Below are positions 52,332-60,708 of a stretch of 64,000 bases of DNA, one piece after another. The notes beneath the pieces were generated by a model. It was given only the letters and a program-made list of their open reading frames with translations. It made no database searches and was not told the origin of the DNA. Numbering within the stretch: position 1 is the stretch's first letter; each line of letters opens with the position of its first letter. Source of the DNA: an uncultured virus (IMG/VR IMGVR_UViG_3300025871_000494) (taxonomy: Duplodnaviria > Heunggongvirae > Uroviricota > Caudoviricetes); IMG/VR virus record IMGVR_UViG_3300025871_000494, one strand, 5' to 3'. Position numbers and translations under genes: made by a program.

Positions 52332-53396
52332 ATGAAAAAAATTCTAATTTTAGGTGGCTGTGGATTCGTGGGTGCTAACTTATCTCTTTACTTTGCGGAA
52401 AAAGGATATAAAGTGACTGCTTTTGATAATTTAGCAAGAAGAGGTTCAGAATATAATTTAGATGACTTCAAGAACAAAGGCGTAAAGTTTGTTCACGGTG
52501 ATATCCGGTGTAAAGAAGATTTTGATAATCTTGGAACTTTTGACGCTATTTGTGAATGTAGTGCACAACCTTCTGCTATTGATGGATATAATAACCCATA
52601 TTATGATTTTTCTAATAATACCCTTGGATTATTTAATGTTCTAGAATTTGCTAGAAAACAAGAGAATAAACCTGCTGTCATCTTTTGGTCAACAAATAAA
52701 GTATATAGTGGAGATAAAATCAATTCTTTTGAATTGTATGAATCTGATACACGATACAGATGGATCCTACAAGAAAGTTCTACTAAAGGATGGGATTCTA
52801 GATATGGTTTTTCGAATGAATTCAGCATCGATGGTGGACAACATTCTATTTATGGAATGAGTAAAGTAATGTCTGATCTTGCCTGTCAAGAATATTTCGA
52901 TGCCTTTGGTGTTAAAACAGTTGTAAATAGATTTTCTTGTTTGGCAGGACCGCGACAATGGGGTAAAAGTGCACAAGGTTGGGTTGCCTGGTGGGCTATT
53001 GCAGCTATGTTTAATCTACCATTAGTGTATATTGGATGGAAAGGAAAACAAGTAAGAGATGCTCTTTTCATTGACGATATTTGTAAGTTAGTTGAAATGG
53101 AAATTGATAGTATAGATAAAGTTAAAGGACAGGTTTTTAATATTGGTGGTGGAAAAGATATTAGTCTATCACTTATTGAAGCAACTTCTTTAGTAGAAAG
53201 AGAATTTAACAGAAAAATGAAGATTTCTATTATAGAAGAACCAAGGAAAGCTGATCATGTTATTTATATTTCTGATATCAGAAAAATAAAAGAAGCAATT
53301 GGTTGGGAACCTAAAATTGGTGTAGAAGAAGGTTATCAGCAAATTATTCGATGGGTAACAAATAATGTAGAACTTCTTACTAAATTATATCTATAA
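52332..53396 (+). CDS. rfbE: CDP-paratose/tyvelose 2-epimerase-like NAD-dependent epimerase
   Basis: GGCGFVG, DNLARRG, STNKVY, SIYGMSK, QGWVAWW, GKQVRD. Confidence 0.75.
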   Translation: MKKILILGGCGFVGANLSLYFAEKGYKVTAFDNLARRGSEYNLDDFKNKGVKFVHGDIRCKEDFDNLGTFDAICECSAQPSAIDGYNNPYYDFSNNTLGLFNVLEFARKQENKPAVIFWSTNKVYSGDKINSFELYESDTRYRWILQESSTKGWDSRYGFSNEFSIDGGQHSIYGMSKVMSDLACQEYFDAFGVKTVVNRFSCLAGPRQWGKSAQGWVAWWAIAAMFNLPLVYIGWKGKQVRDALFIDDICKLVEMEIDSIDKVKGQVFNIGGGKDISLSLIEATSLVEREFNRKMKISIIEEPRKADHVIYISDIRKIKEAIGWEPKIGVEEGYQQIIRWVTNNVELLTKLYL

Positions 53397-53405
53397 GGTA
53401 TTGTA

Positions 53406-54065
53406 ATGACAAATGTAGTTTTTTGTATAACTATGTATAATGAAGTTAATACTGTTCAGTTTAATATTAATACTATTAAAAAACAATTCTTCGGATCTAA
53501 AATAATAGTAATTCAATCAGAATCTGATCGGAAGATAGAAGGTGCCGATATCTATGAAGTATTGCCTAACTTAGCTGGGGCAGTTCCTATTCATGAATTA
53601 CCTGCTGTAGCAGTAACGAGAAATTATAATTTAGCTTTTTCTAAATTATATAGTACTTATTTTAGTGCTCCTTATATAGTCGCTATAACTGGAGATACAT
53701 TGATTAGCGATATTAAAGGATTAGATAGAATTTACAGACAAATGTTAGATAATAAAAAAGTATTAGCTGTATCACAAGCTATAGGACAAGATTTTCATAG
53801 CTCAACTTCTAACCCACCGGTCATTTGCGGTGGAAGGTATCAATTTGATGGAATTTCAGATTTTATGCCGCAATTTTTTATTGTAGAAGGAAATTTTGCA
53901 TATAAAACTAAAGTATTTTCAAATACGCAAATAACTAATAAATATACTACAGAACAATGTTTAGGTGATGAATTTTGTAAACACGGTTCTTTTAAAGATC
54001 AAGTATTGGTTTTGTCTAAAACAGCATATGGTTTTTCTGATGGTATTAAATACCAAACTAAATGA
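53406..54065 (+). CDS. Hypothetical protein, possible GT-A-like
   Basis: VVFCITMYNE start, ITGD, PQFF...EQCLG; lies inside the glycan operon. Confidence 0.4.
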   Translation: MTNVVFCITMYNEVNTVQFNINTIKKQFFGSKIIVIQSESDRKIEGADIYEVLPNLAGAVPIHELPAVAVTRNYNLAFSKLYSTYFSAPYIVAITGDTLISDIKGLDRIYRQMLDNKKVLAVSQAIGQDFHSSTSNPPVICGGRYQFDGISDFMPQFFIVEGNFAYKTKVFSNTQITNKYTTEQCLGDEFCKHGSFKDQVLVLSKTAYGFSDGIKYQTK

Positions 54066-54688
54066 TTAAATGTATAATATTTGATTTAGATGGAGTCTTA
54101 TGTGATCTAGTACAAGTACATAGACACGCATTGGATTCTGCATTACTAGAAATTTGTGGGTATACTATTTCGGAATATGAATTTTGGAGATATTATAATG
54201 GTATTCCTTCAAATGTTAAACTACAAATGCTTGTTAATAGGGGAATTCTAGATCCAAAAGATAAGGAAAAAGTATGGAAATTAAAACAAGATAATACCAT
54301 AAATGCAATTAAATCTTGTTTATCCTTAGATACACAAAAAATAGAATTACATACATATCTAAGAAGTAAAAACTATAAATTAATTTGTGTTTCTAACTCT
54401 ATTAGAAACACCATAGAATTAGCTTTAAGGCAAACAGGTCAGTTGGAATTTATGGAGTTTTTTCTGGGGAATGAAGATTTTGGTATAAAACCTAAACCAG
54501 ATCCTTATTGTTATTGTCTGGCTATAGAAAAAATAAAATTAAATACGCAAGAATGCTTGATAATAGAAGATTCTGAAAAAGGAATAACTGCGGCTATTAA
54601 ATCTGGTGCGCATGTTTTAGAAGTTAAGAATCCAAAGTATGTTACAATAGAAAACATTGAACGGAAGGTTAAGAATGCAAACATCTGA
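54062..54688 (+). CDS. HAD-family phosphatase
   Basis: FDLDGVL, VSNS, KPKPDP, IIEDS..G..AA..SG. Confidence 0.9.
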   Translation: MIKCIIFDLDGVLCDLVQVHRHALDSALLEICGYTISEYEFWRYYNGIPSNVKLQMLVNRGILDPKDKEKVWKLKQDNTINAIKSCLSLDTQKIELHTYLRSKNYKLICVSNSIRNTIELALRQTGQLEFMEFFLGNEDFGIKPKPDPYCYCLAIEKIKLNTQECLIIEDSEKGITAAIKSGAHVLEVKNPKYVTIENIERKVKNANI

Positions 54689-55388
54689 AGAATTTAAGTA
54701 TACACAAATGCAAAAAAACTGGTATGAAACTAATGCTAGAGCAAGTTATTATACAGATGGAAAATGCTTAGAAGATCATATCGTAGGAAATTTTCCAAAT
54801 CAAGAAAAATTTCCATATGAACAATGGCTATTTAAATATTATATACCTTCTAAAGAGCATATCTGCTACGAATATGGATGTGGACCAGGAAGACAGATTA
54901 GAAGAATTTTTAATTTATTTAAGCGGGTAGATGGCGTTGATATTTCACAAAAGAATCTGGATAATGCAAAACAATATATAGGATCTTCATATAATGGAAT
55001 TTTAAAAGTAACAGATGGGACACAAGTTCCTTTAGAAGATAAATATGATTTTTGTTATTCTGTCATTTGCTTACAACATATTCCTTGCTATTCTATTAGA
55101 AGAAAAATACTAGAAAATATGCTAGAAAGTTTAAAACCTGGTGGAAGAATAGCAATTCAACTTGCTTTTGGCCCATCTATGAATGGAACACCTACCTTTG
55201 GTTATACAGAAAATTTTTATGAAGCTACTACTACTAATGGGAGACTAGATTGTAGAGTGGATACAAGACAAGAAGTTATTCTAGATTTTTTAGATATAGG
55301 TTTTAAAGATGTTACTACAGAATTAAGTAACACAGTAGATGATCATCATCCTTGTTGGATATGGATTTATGGACAGAAACAGATTTGA
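54675..55388 (+). CDS. Class I SAM-dependent methyltransferase
   Basis: YEYGCGPGR, VDGVDIS, YDFCYSVICLQHI, LKPGG; start ATG 54675. Confidence 0.85.
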   Translation: MQTSEEFKYTQMQKNWYETNARASYYTDGKCLEDHIVGNFPNQEKFPYEQWLFKYYIPSKEHICYEYGCGPGRQIRRIFNLFKRVDGVDISQKNLDNAKQYIGSSYNGILKVTDGTQVPLEDKYDFCYSVICLQHIPCYSIRRKILENMLESLKPGGRIAIQLAFGPSMNGTPTFGYTENFYEATTTNGRLDCRVDTRQEVILDFLDIGFKDVTTELSNTVDDHHPCWIWIYGQKQI

Positions 55389-56010
55389 CGACCATTATAC
55401 AGAATGGCGTTCTAAAAGAATAGCTGCTATTGAGAAATATTTTACTAAAGAATTTTTCCAAGGTAAAACATTAGTAGAATTAGGTGCAGGATTTGGTGAT
55501 ATTGGATATCATTTTTCTACCTTAGGTTCAGCTGTAACATGTATAGAAGGTAGAAAAGATAATCTTGAGTATATACAATCTACTTATCAAAATATTACTG
55601 CACTACAAAAAGATTTAGACATCGAAAAATTTGAAATAGAACCAGTAGACATTATTATAAATATGGGGTTGTTATACCATTTAAAAGATCCTATTTATCT
55701 TTTACACACTTCTTGTAAGTTTTGTAAATATATGATTCTAGAAACAGAAGTAGTGGATAGTTACGATCCTTCTAAAATTATATATTGGAAAGATGTAAAA
55801 GAAGATTATGATCAATCGTTGCATGACGTAGGTTGTAGAATTTCTGTTGGTATGATAGAGCATATTTTAAAAGAATATAAATTTAAGTTTGAAAGGTTGG
55901 AAGATTCTTCCTGTAATTCTGGCCCGCATAAATATGATTGGATTATTAGAAATACAGGTACTTGGGAATCCGGTCAAAGAAAATTATGGTTTTGTACTAA
56001 GGAGGAGTAA
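55369..56010 (+). CDS. Class I SAM-dependent methyltransferase
   Basis: VELGAGFG, IEGR..N, MGLLYHL.DP; start ATG 55369. Confidence 0.85.
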   Translation: MDRNRFDDHYTEWRSKRIAAIEKYFTKEFFQGKTLVELGAGFGDIGYHFSTLGSAVTCIEGRKDNLEYIQSTYQNITALQKDLDIEKFEIEPVDIIINMGLLYHLKDPIYLLHTSCKFCKYMILETEVVDSYDPSKIIYWKDVKEDYDQSLHDVGCRISVGMIEHILKEYKFKFERLEDSSCNSGPHKYDWIIRNTGTWESGQRKLWFCTKEE

Positions 56011-56011
56011 A

Positions 56012-56797
56012 ATGCATATAGTTATACCTATGGCGGGACGTGGGCAACGATTTATAGATGCAGGATATAAAGATCCAAAACCTTTTATTCCTATTAAAAG
56101 TAAACCTATGATCGAATGGGTTATTAAAAACTTGGATTTTACCACAATATGGACTACTAAAGGATATGATTTTCATAAACCTACTTTTACTTTTATAGTT
56201 CAAGAAGATCATTGCAAGAAATTTCAGTTTGATCTCAGAATTAAAGAAGCTATTACAGCAGCATGTGGTAGAGATATAGCAGATAAAACAAATATTATAC
56301 AAATAAATTATATTACTGAAGGTGCTGCTTGTACTGTTCTGAAAGCAAGGGATATAATTAATACAGAAGAATCTCTATTAATTGCAAATAGTGATCAATA
56401 TATAGACTGGACTGTGTATTTATTTATGCAAGCAATAGCAGATACAAAAGCAGATGGATGTATTCCTGTTTTTCATGGAACACATCCTAAATGGTCGTAT
56501 GCAGAATTAGATAATAAAGGATTTGTTACCAGAGTAAGAGAAAAAGAACCTATTTCTACTTATGCTACTGTAGGTATTTATTGGTTTAAACATGGTTCAG
56601 ATTTTGTTTGGGCTGCTGACGAAATGATTAATAAAAATTTAAGAGTAAATAATGAATTTTATGTTTGTCCTGTATATAATGAATTGATAGTACCAAAAAA
56701 TCAAAAAGTAGTTGCATTTCCTATTCCGACATGCGCAATGCACGGATTAGGTACACCAGAGGATTTGGAGGAGTTTAAGAAATTATATGAAAACTAG
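56012..56797 (+). CDS. Sugar-phosphate nucleotidyltransferase (GT-A/NTP_transferase)
   Basis: IPMAGRGQRF...PKP, TEGAACTVL, IANSDQ, EK..IS..ATVGIY, EFYV.PVYN, GLGTPEDL; GGAGG RBS before ATG 56012. Confidence 0.85.
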   Translation: MHIVIPMAGRGQRFIDAGYKDPKPFIPIKSKPMIEWVIKNLDFTTIWTTKGYDFHKPTFTFIVQEDHCKKFQFDLRIKEAITAACGRDIADKTNIIQINYITEGAACTVLKARDIINTEESLLIANSDQYIDWTVYLFMQAIADTKADGCIPVFHGTHPKWSYAELDNKGFVTRVREKEPISTYATVGIYWFKHGSDFVWAADEMINKNLRVNNEFYVCPVYNELIVPKNQKVVAFPIPTCAMHGLGTPEDLEEFKKLYEN

Positions 56798-57107
56798 TAA
56801 AATTCAGGAAATGATTCGAGGTTGGTTTATTGGAAACTTTTCTCCTACTGTTTGGAAAACTGAGGATTTTGAAGTAGCAATTCAACGATATAAAGCTGGT
56901 GATACAGAAACACCACATATCCATCGAGTAGCTACTGAAATTAATGTAGTAACAGAAGGTGCTATAGAAATGAATGGAAAAGCTTTTATGGTAGACGATA
57001 TAGTAATCATAGAACCAGGCGAAAAAGCACATTTTAAAGCACTTACAGATGCAGCTGTTGTAGTAGTAAAAGTCCCATCTTTGATAGGAGATAAATATAC
57101 AGACTAA
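56787..57107 (+). CDS. Cupin-domain protein
   Basis: GWFIGNFSP, H.H...TEIN, I.PGE, VVVKVPS. Confidence 0.75.
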   Translation: MKTSKIQEMIRGWFIGNFSPTVWKTEDFEVAIQRYKAGDTETPHIHRVATEINVVTEGAIEMNGKAFMVDDIVIIEPGEKAHFKALTDAAVVVVKVPSLIGDKYTD

Positions 57108-57682
57108 TGGGAGAATTATACCTTCATAATTTAGATAGATATAAATGTAATATTTTTATTGAAACTGGTACTGGTAAAGGTACTGGTCTAAAACATGCAT
57201 TACAATTTCCTTTTAAAACTTTTTATTCAATAGAAATCAATAAAGAATTGTATGAGTACTGTAAAACTAGATATATTTCAACTAAATTAACTTTATTAAA
57301 TATGACTTCTTTGGAAGGTTTAGAACAAATATTACCTGCTATATCTAAAGAAGATAAGATACTATTTTGGTTAGATGCACACTTTCCTGGAGCTGATTTT
57401 CAACTGGGATCGTATGATGATGAAATAGAAGAAACTATTAAGCTACCCTTACAAACAGAAATTGAATTAATTTATAAATATAGAAAAGATTGTAAAGATA
57501 CTTTTATTATAGATGATCTTCAGTTGTTTGAAGAAGGATTATACGAATTGAAAATGCCAGATAACCTTACAAGTAAGTATAGAAAAAGTAATAAATTTAT
57601 ATATGATTTATTTCAAACTACTCATAATATAACTAAAGATTATAGACATCAAGGATTTTTAATTTTGAGGCCAAAAGAATGA
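57107..57682 (+). CDS. Methyltransferase-fold hypothetical protein
   Basis: FIETGT..G, SIEI, FWLDAH, IIDD. Confidence 0.55.
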   Translation: MGELYLHNLDRYKCNIFIETGTGKGTGLKHALQFPFKTFYSIEINKELYEYCKTRYISTKLTLLNMTSLEGLEQILPAISKEDKILFWLDAHFPGADFQLGSYDDEIEETIKLPLQTEIELIYKYRKDCKDTFIIDDLQLFEEGLYELKMPDNLTSKYRKSNKFIYDLFQTTHNITKDYRHQGFLILRPKE

Positions 57683-58113
57683 TACTTATTGCTCATAGAG
57701 GTAATCTTACAAGTCCAGATAAGTATAATGAAAATCATCCAGACTATATTTTAAAGGCATTAGATTCTGGATATGCCGTAGAAATTGATGTATGGTATGA
57801 AAATGGTAAGTTTTATCTGGGCCACGATGGACCTTGGCTGACTATTGACGAAAAGTTTTTATTAACCAAAGGCTTATGGTGTCATGCAAAAACACCTAAA
57901 ACTCTAGATATGCTTCTTGTACTGAGAACCACCTGTTTTTTTCATAATACAGATGCCTGTACATTAACTTCGAATAAATACATTTGGACATTTCCAAATA
58001 AGGAACTAACACCTAATTCAATTATAGTTATACAAGGGTATCCAAAAGATATTAATATTAATTCATATTCTTGTGCAGGAATATGCAGTGATTATATTAA
58101 AGAATTCAAATAA
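57679..58113 (+). CDS. Short GDPD/PLC-like phosphodiesterase
   Basis: IAHRGN, EN, VEIDVW, LGHD, GICSD. Confidence 0.75.
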   Translation: MILIAHRGNLTSPDKYNENHPDYILKALDSGYAVEIDVWYENGKFYLGHDGPWLTIDEKFLLTKGLWCHAKTPKTLDMLLVLRTTCFFHNTDACTLTSNKYIWTFPNKELTPNSIIVIQGYPKDININSYSCAGICSDYIKEFK

Positions 58114-58115
58114 AT

Positions 58116-58829
58116 ATGAATAATATTAGCTTACTAATAATAAATAGAAATTATAGTAATTTTATTAAAGAAACATTTGATTCAATACTTAAACAAAGTA
58201 AATTACCAAAAGAAATAATTATTATAGATGATTATTCCACCGATTCTTCTTTTTCTAAGTATATAGAATTACAAAACTATATTTATGATAATAAACTTAA
58301 TATAGATCTTACTATTACGTATAACTCAAGTAAAAAAGGTGTAATTGTCTGTAGAAATATTGCTGTTAATCACTCTTCTTGTAATTATTTATGTTTTATA
58401 GATGCAGACGATTATGTATCGTCTACCTATCTAGAAGATACCTCTAGAATATTAGATAATAATCAAGACGTAGGTATTGTTTATACAGACTTCATATTAT
58501 TCGATAAATTTGCTCCTCCAAGATATTATGATGTACCACAGGAAGAAAAAGGAGGAGAAATAGAAAAAGGATACTTTAAAAGAATGTTTCCTGAATTTAA
58601 TGAAGAATCTAAAAAATTACTACAAAATAGAAATTTTATTCATGGAGGTTCTCTTTTTAGAAGAAAATGCTTCGAAGATATTTCTGGATATATAAAATCT
58701 GATATACCGGAAGATTATAGTTTGTATAAAAGAATAGTAAACTTTGGATGGAATGCAAAAAAATGTAATACTTGTCTTTTATTTTATAGGCAACATTCTA
58801 ATAAACAATTTAATATTACTGGTGAATAA
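58116..58829 (+). CDS. GT2 glycosyltransferase
   Basis: IIIDDYSTD, FIDADD, PEDY, YRQH. Confidence 0.85.
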   Translation: MNNISLLIINRNYSNFIKETFDSILKQSKLPKEIIIIDDYSTDSSFSKYIELQNYIYDNKLNIDLTITYNSSKKGVIVCRNIAVNHSSCNYLCFIDADDYVSSTYLEDTSRILDNNQDVGIVYTDFILFDKFAPPRYYDVPQEEKGGEIEKGYFKRMFPEFNEESKKLLQNRNFIHGGSLFRRKCFEDISGYIKSDIPEDYSLYKRIVNFGWNAKKCNTCLLFYRQHSNKQFNITGE

Positions 58830-59708
58830 ATGATTTTACTTATAGGAAATAAAGGATTACTAGGAACAGAACTAGAATTGTATCTTAGATCACATTCTAT
58901 TGCGTATGTTCCATATGATAAGGAAAGCGATATAGGTATACTAGACAATTTACATAATATTTGTAGAAATAAAGAAATAGATTGGATTATTAATTGTTCT
59001 GGTATCTCTAATGCAGATTTAGCAGAGAATAATCCTTCTTTAGCTTACAAAGTAAATGTAGAAGGGATAAAAAATATATGTGAAATAGCGAAACAGTATA
59101 ATAGCAAACTTATTCATATTTCAGATGTTCAAATATTTAATGGTAAAAAAGATACGGAATATTCTGAATTTGATATACCAGATCCTATTAATATATATGG
59201 AAAAACTAAACTAGAAGGAGAAAATATTATAAAAAGCTCCTTAGAAAAATATTTTATTATAAGATCCTCTTGGTTATATGGAAAATATGGTATTACTTTT
59301 ATATCTACCCTATTTAAACTTATAAGTAAACAAACACCAAAAATTCAAATCGTTGATGATGAAACAGGGAGTCCTACTTATACAAAAGATTTAGTACAAG
59401 GTATTTTTAGAATTATAGAATCTAATTCTACTAGATATGGTATATATAACTTTAGTAATAGAAACAAGACAGATTGGTTTGAGTTTGCTAAAGAAGTTTA
59501 TAGATTAATAATGATTTATGAAGTTTTACCTAGAACATTACAAAGATTTGTGACTATTGAACCTATTACTAGCAGTGAATATAAAACATCTGCAAAAAGA
59601 TTAGTAAATTCTTATCTAAATAGTAGAAATTTTGAGAATACCTTCGGAGTTCAGATAAGGCCTTGGAAAATAGCATTAGAAGATTTCATATCAACCTTAA
59701 AGAAGTGA
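58830..59708 (+). CDS. rmlD: dTDP-4-dehydrorhamnose reductase family protein (divergent active-site segment)
   Basis: GNKGLLG, P.P.NIYGKTKLEGE, RSSWLYG, D..GSPTYT.DL, A.R..NS.L. Confidence 0.8.
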   Translation: MILLIGNKGLLGTELELYLRSHSIAYVPYDKESDIGILDNLHNICRNKEIDWIINCSGISNADLAENNPSLAYKVNVEGIKNICEIAKQYNSKLIHISDVQIFNGKKDTEYSEFDIPDPINIYGKTKLEGENIIKSSLEKYFIIRSSWLYGKYGITFISTLFKLISKQTPKIQIVDDETGSPTYTKDLVQGIFRIIESNSTRYGIYNFSNRNKTDWFEFAKEVYRLIMIYEVLPRTLQRFVTIEPITSSEYKTSAKRLVNSYLNSRNFENTFGVQIRPWKIALEDFISTLKK

Positions 59709-59712
59709 AAGC

Positions 59713-60639
59713 ATGAATGAACAAAACAAAATAATCGATCCTATCGTTGAAAAGTGGAAAGAAAATTACAAAAGAAATCTAGAAGAAGGTATTTTTACTA
59801 GACCAAATTCTAAATATCTTAAGTTTTTGATTAATAATAGTTTTTATAATAAGATACCTTGCGTTTTAGTAGCAGCAGGGCCATCTCTAGAAAAAAATAT
59901 ACATATACTAAAACAGTATTCTGAAAATTATTTAATTATATGTGCAGATGTGGTTTTGTATAGATTAATGGAAGAAGGAATTCATCCAGATTTTGTTTGT
60001 ACAATAGATCCTAGTGATTCTTTCTCTAGATTTTGGAAGGGGGTGGATACCTCTAATTGTAATTTTATTTGCCCAACTACTGTAAGTTCTATTGCATTAA
60101 ATGAATGGAAAGGTAATGTATTCTTTTTTAATCAAACAGATAAACCTGGATCTGAAAAACAAAAAGTTCTATCTGAAATAACCACATATACGAGCGGTGC
60201 TGGTGATTTAGAAAATAATTACTTTGTAGGTGCTACAATGTTTTTATTTTCTAAAATATTTAATCCTAGTTCTGTTATTTTTGTTGGATATGATTTTGGA
60301 TTTACAGATAATAAACCGTATTGTAATGGATTTCTAGAAAGAAAACTTTATGATACTACGGGTGTTGGAATGGATGTTCTTATTAAAAGAGAACTCAATC
60401 ACGATACAATTATAGATATTGATACATATTATATAAAAACAACTAAATTATTACTTCTTTATAGAAATACTTTATTAGATCTTATCTTTCAAAACAAGAT
60501 AAAATGTATAAATTCTACAGAAGGTGGTATTTTAACTGAAATTCTAAGAATGCCGTTAGAAGATTCAGTTAAAGAATTTTGTGTTAAACCCATTAAAAAA
60601 GTTCCAGTTAATGAAATACCAAAAAGAAATCGCAGATAA
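59713..60639 (+). CDS. Maf/DUF115 (MptE-like) family protein, candidate protein O-glycosyltransferase
   Basis: VAAGPSLEKNI, ICAD..L..L...GI.PDFVCT.D, IFVGYDF, INSTEGG. Confidence 0.8.
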   Translation: MNEQNKIIDPIVEKWKENYKRNLEEGIFTRPNSKYLKFLINNSFYNKIPCVLVAAGPSLEKNIHILKQYSENYLIICADVVLYRLMEEGIHPDFVCTIDPSDSFSRFWKGVDTSNCNFICPTTVSSIALNEWKGNVFFFNQTDKPGSEKQKVLSEITTYTSGAGDLENNYFVGATMFLFSKIFNPSSVIFVGYDFGFTDNKPYCNGFLERKLYDTTGVGMDVLIKRELNHDTIIDIDTYYIKTTKLLLLYRNTLLDLIFQNKIKCINSTEGGILTEILRMPLEDSVKEFCVKPIKKVPVNEIPKRNRR

Positions 60640-60708
60640 TAATTACTTAAAATCTCTATTTGTTTCTTATTATTTTAACAAAATACGAATATATGGAGAT
60701 TTTGTCTA

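Noticed and set aside
36501..60639. Bacterial O-antigen/capsule locus or host contamination
   Set aside because: A baseplate wedge gene lies inside it, it is flanked by baseplate J and a fibre gene, composition looks continuous, and no export or polymerase genes are recognisable
36501..60639. DNA hypermodification cluster
   Set aside because: No hydroxymethylase, thymidylate-synthase-like or base-modifying genes are visible, and the context is late structural; disfavoured, not formally excluded
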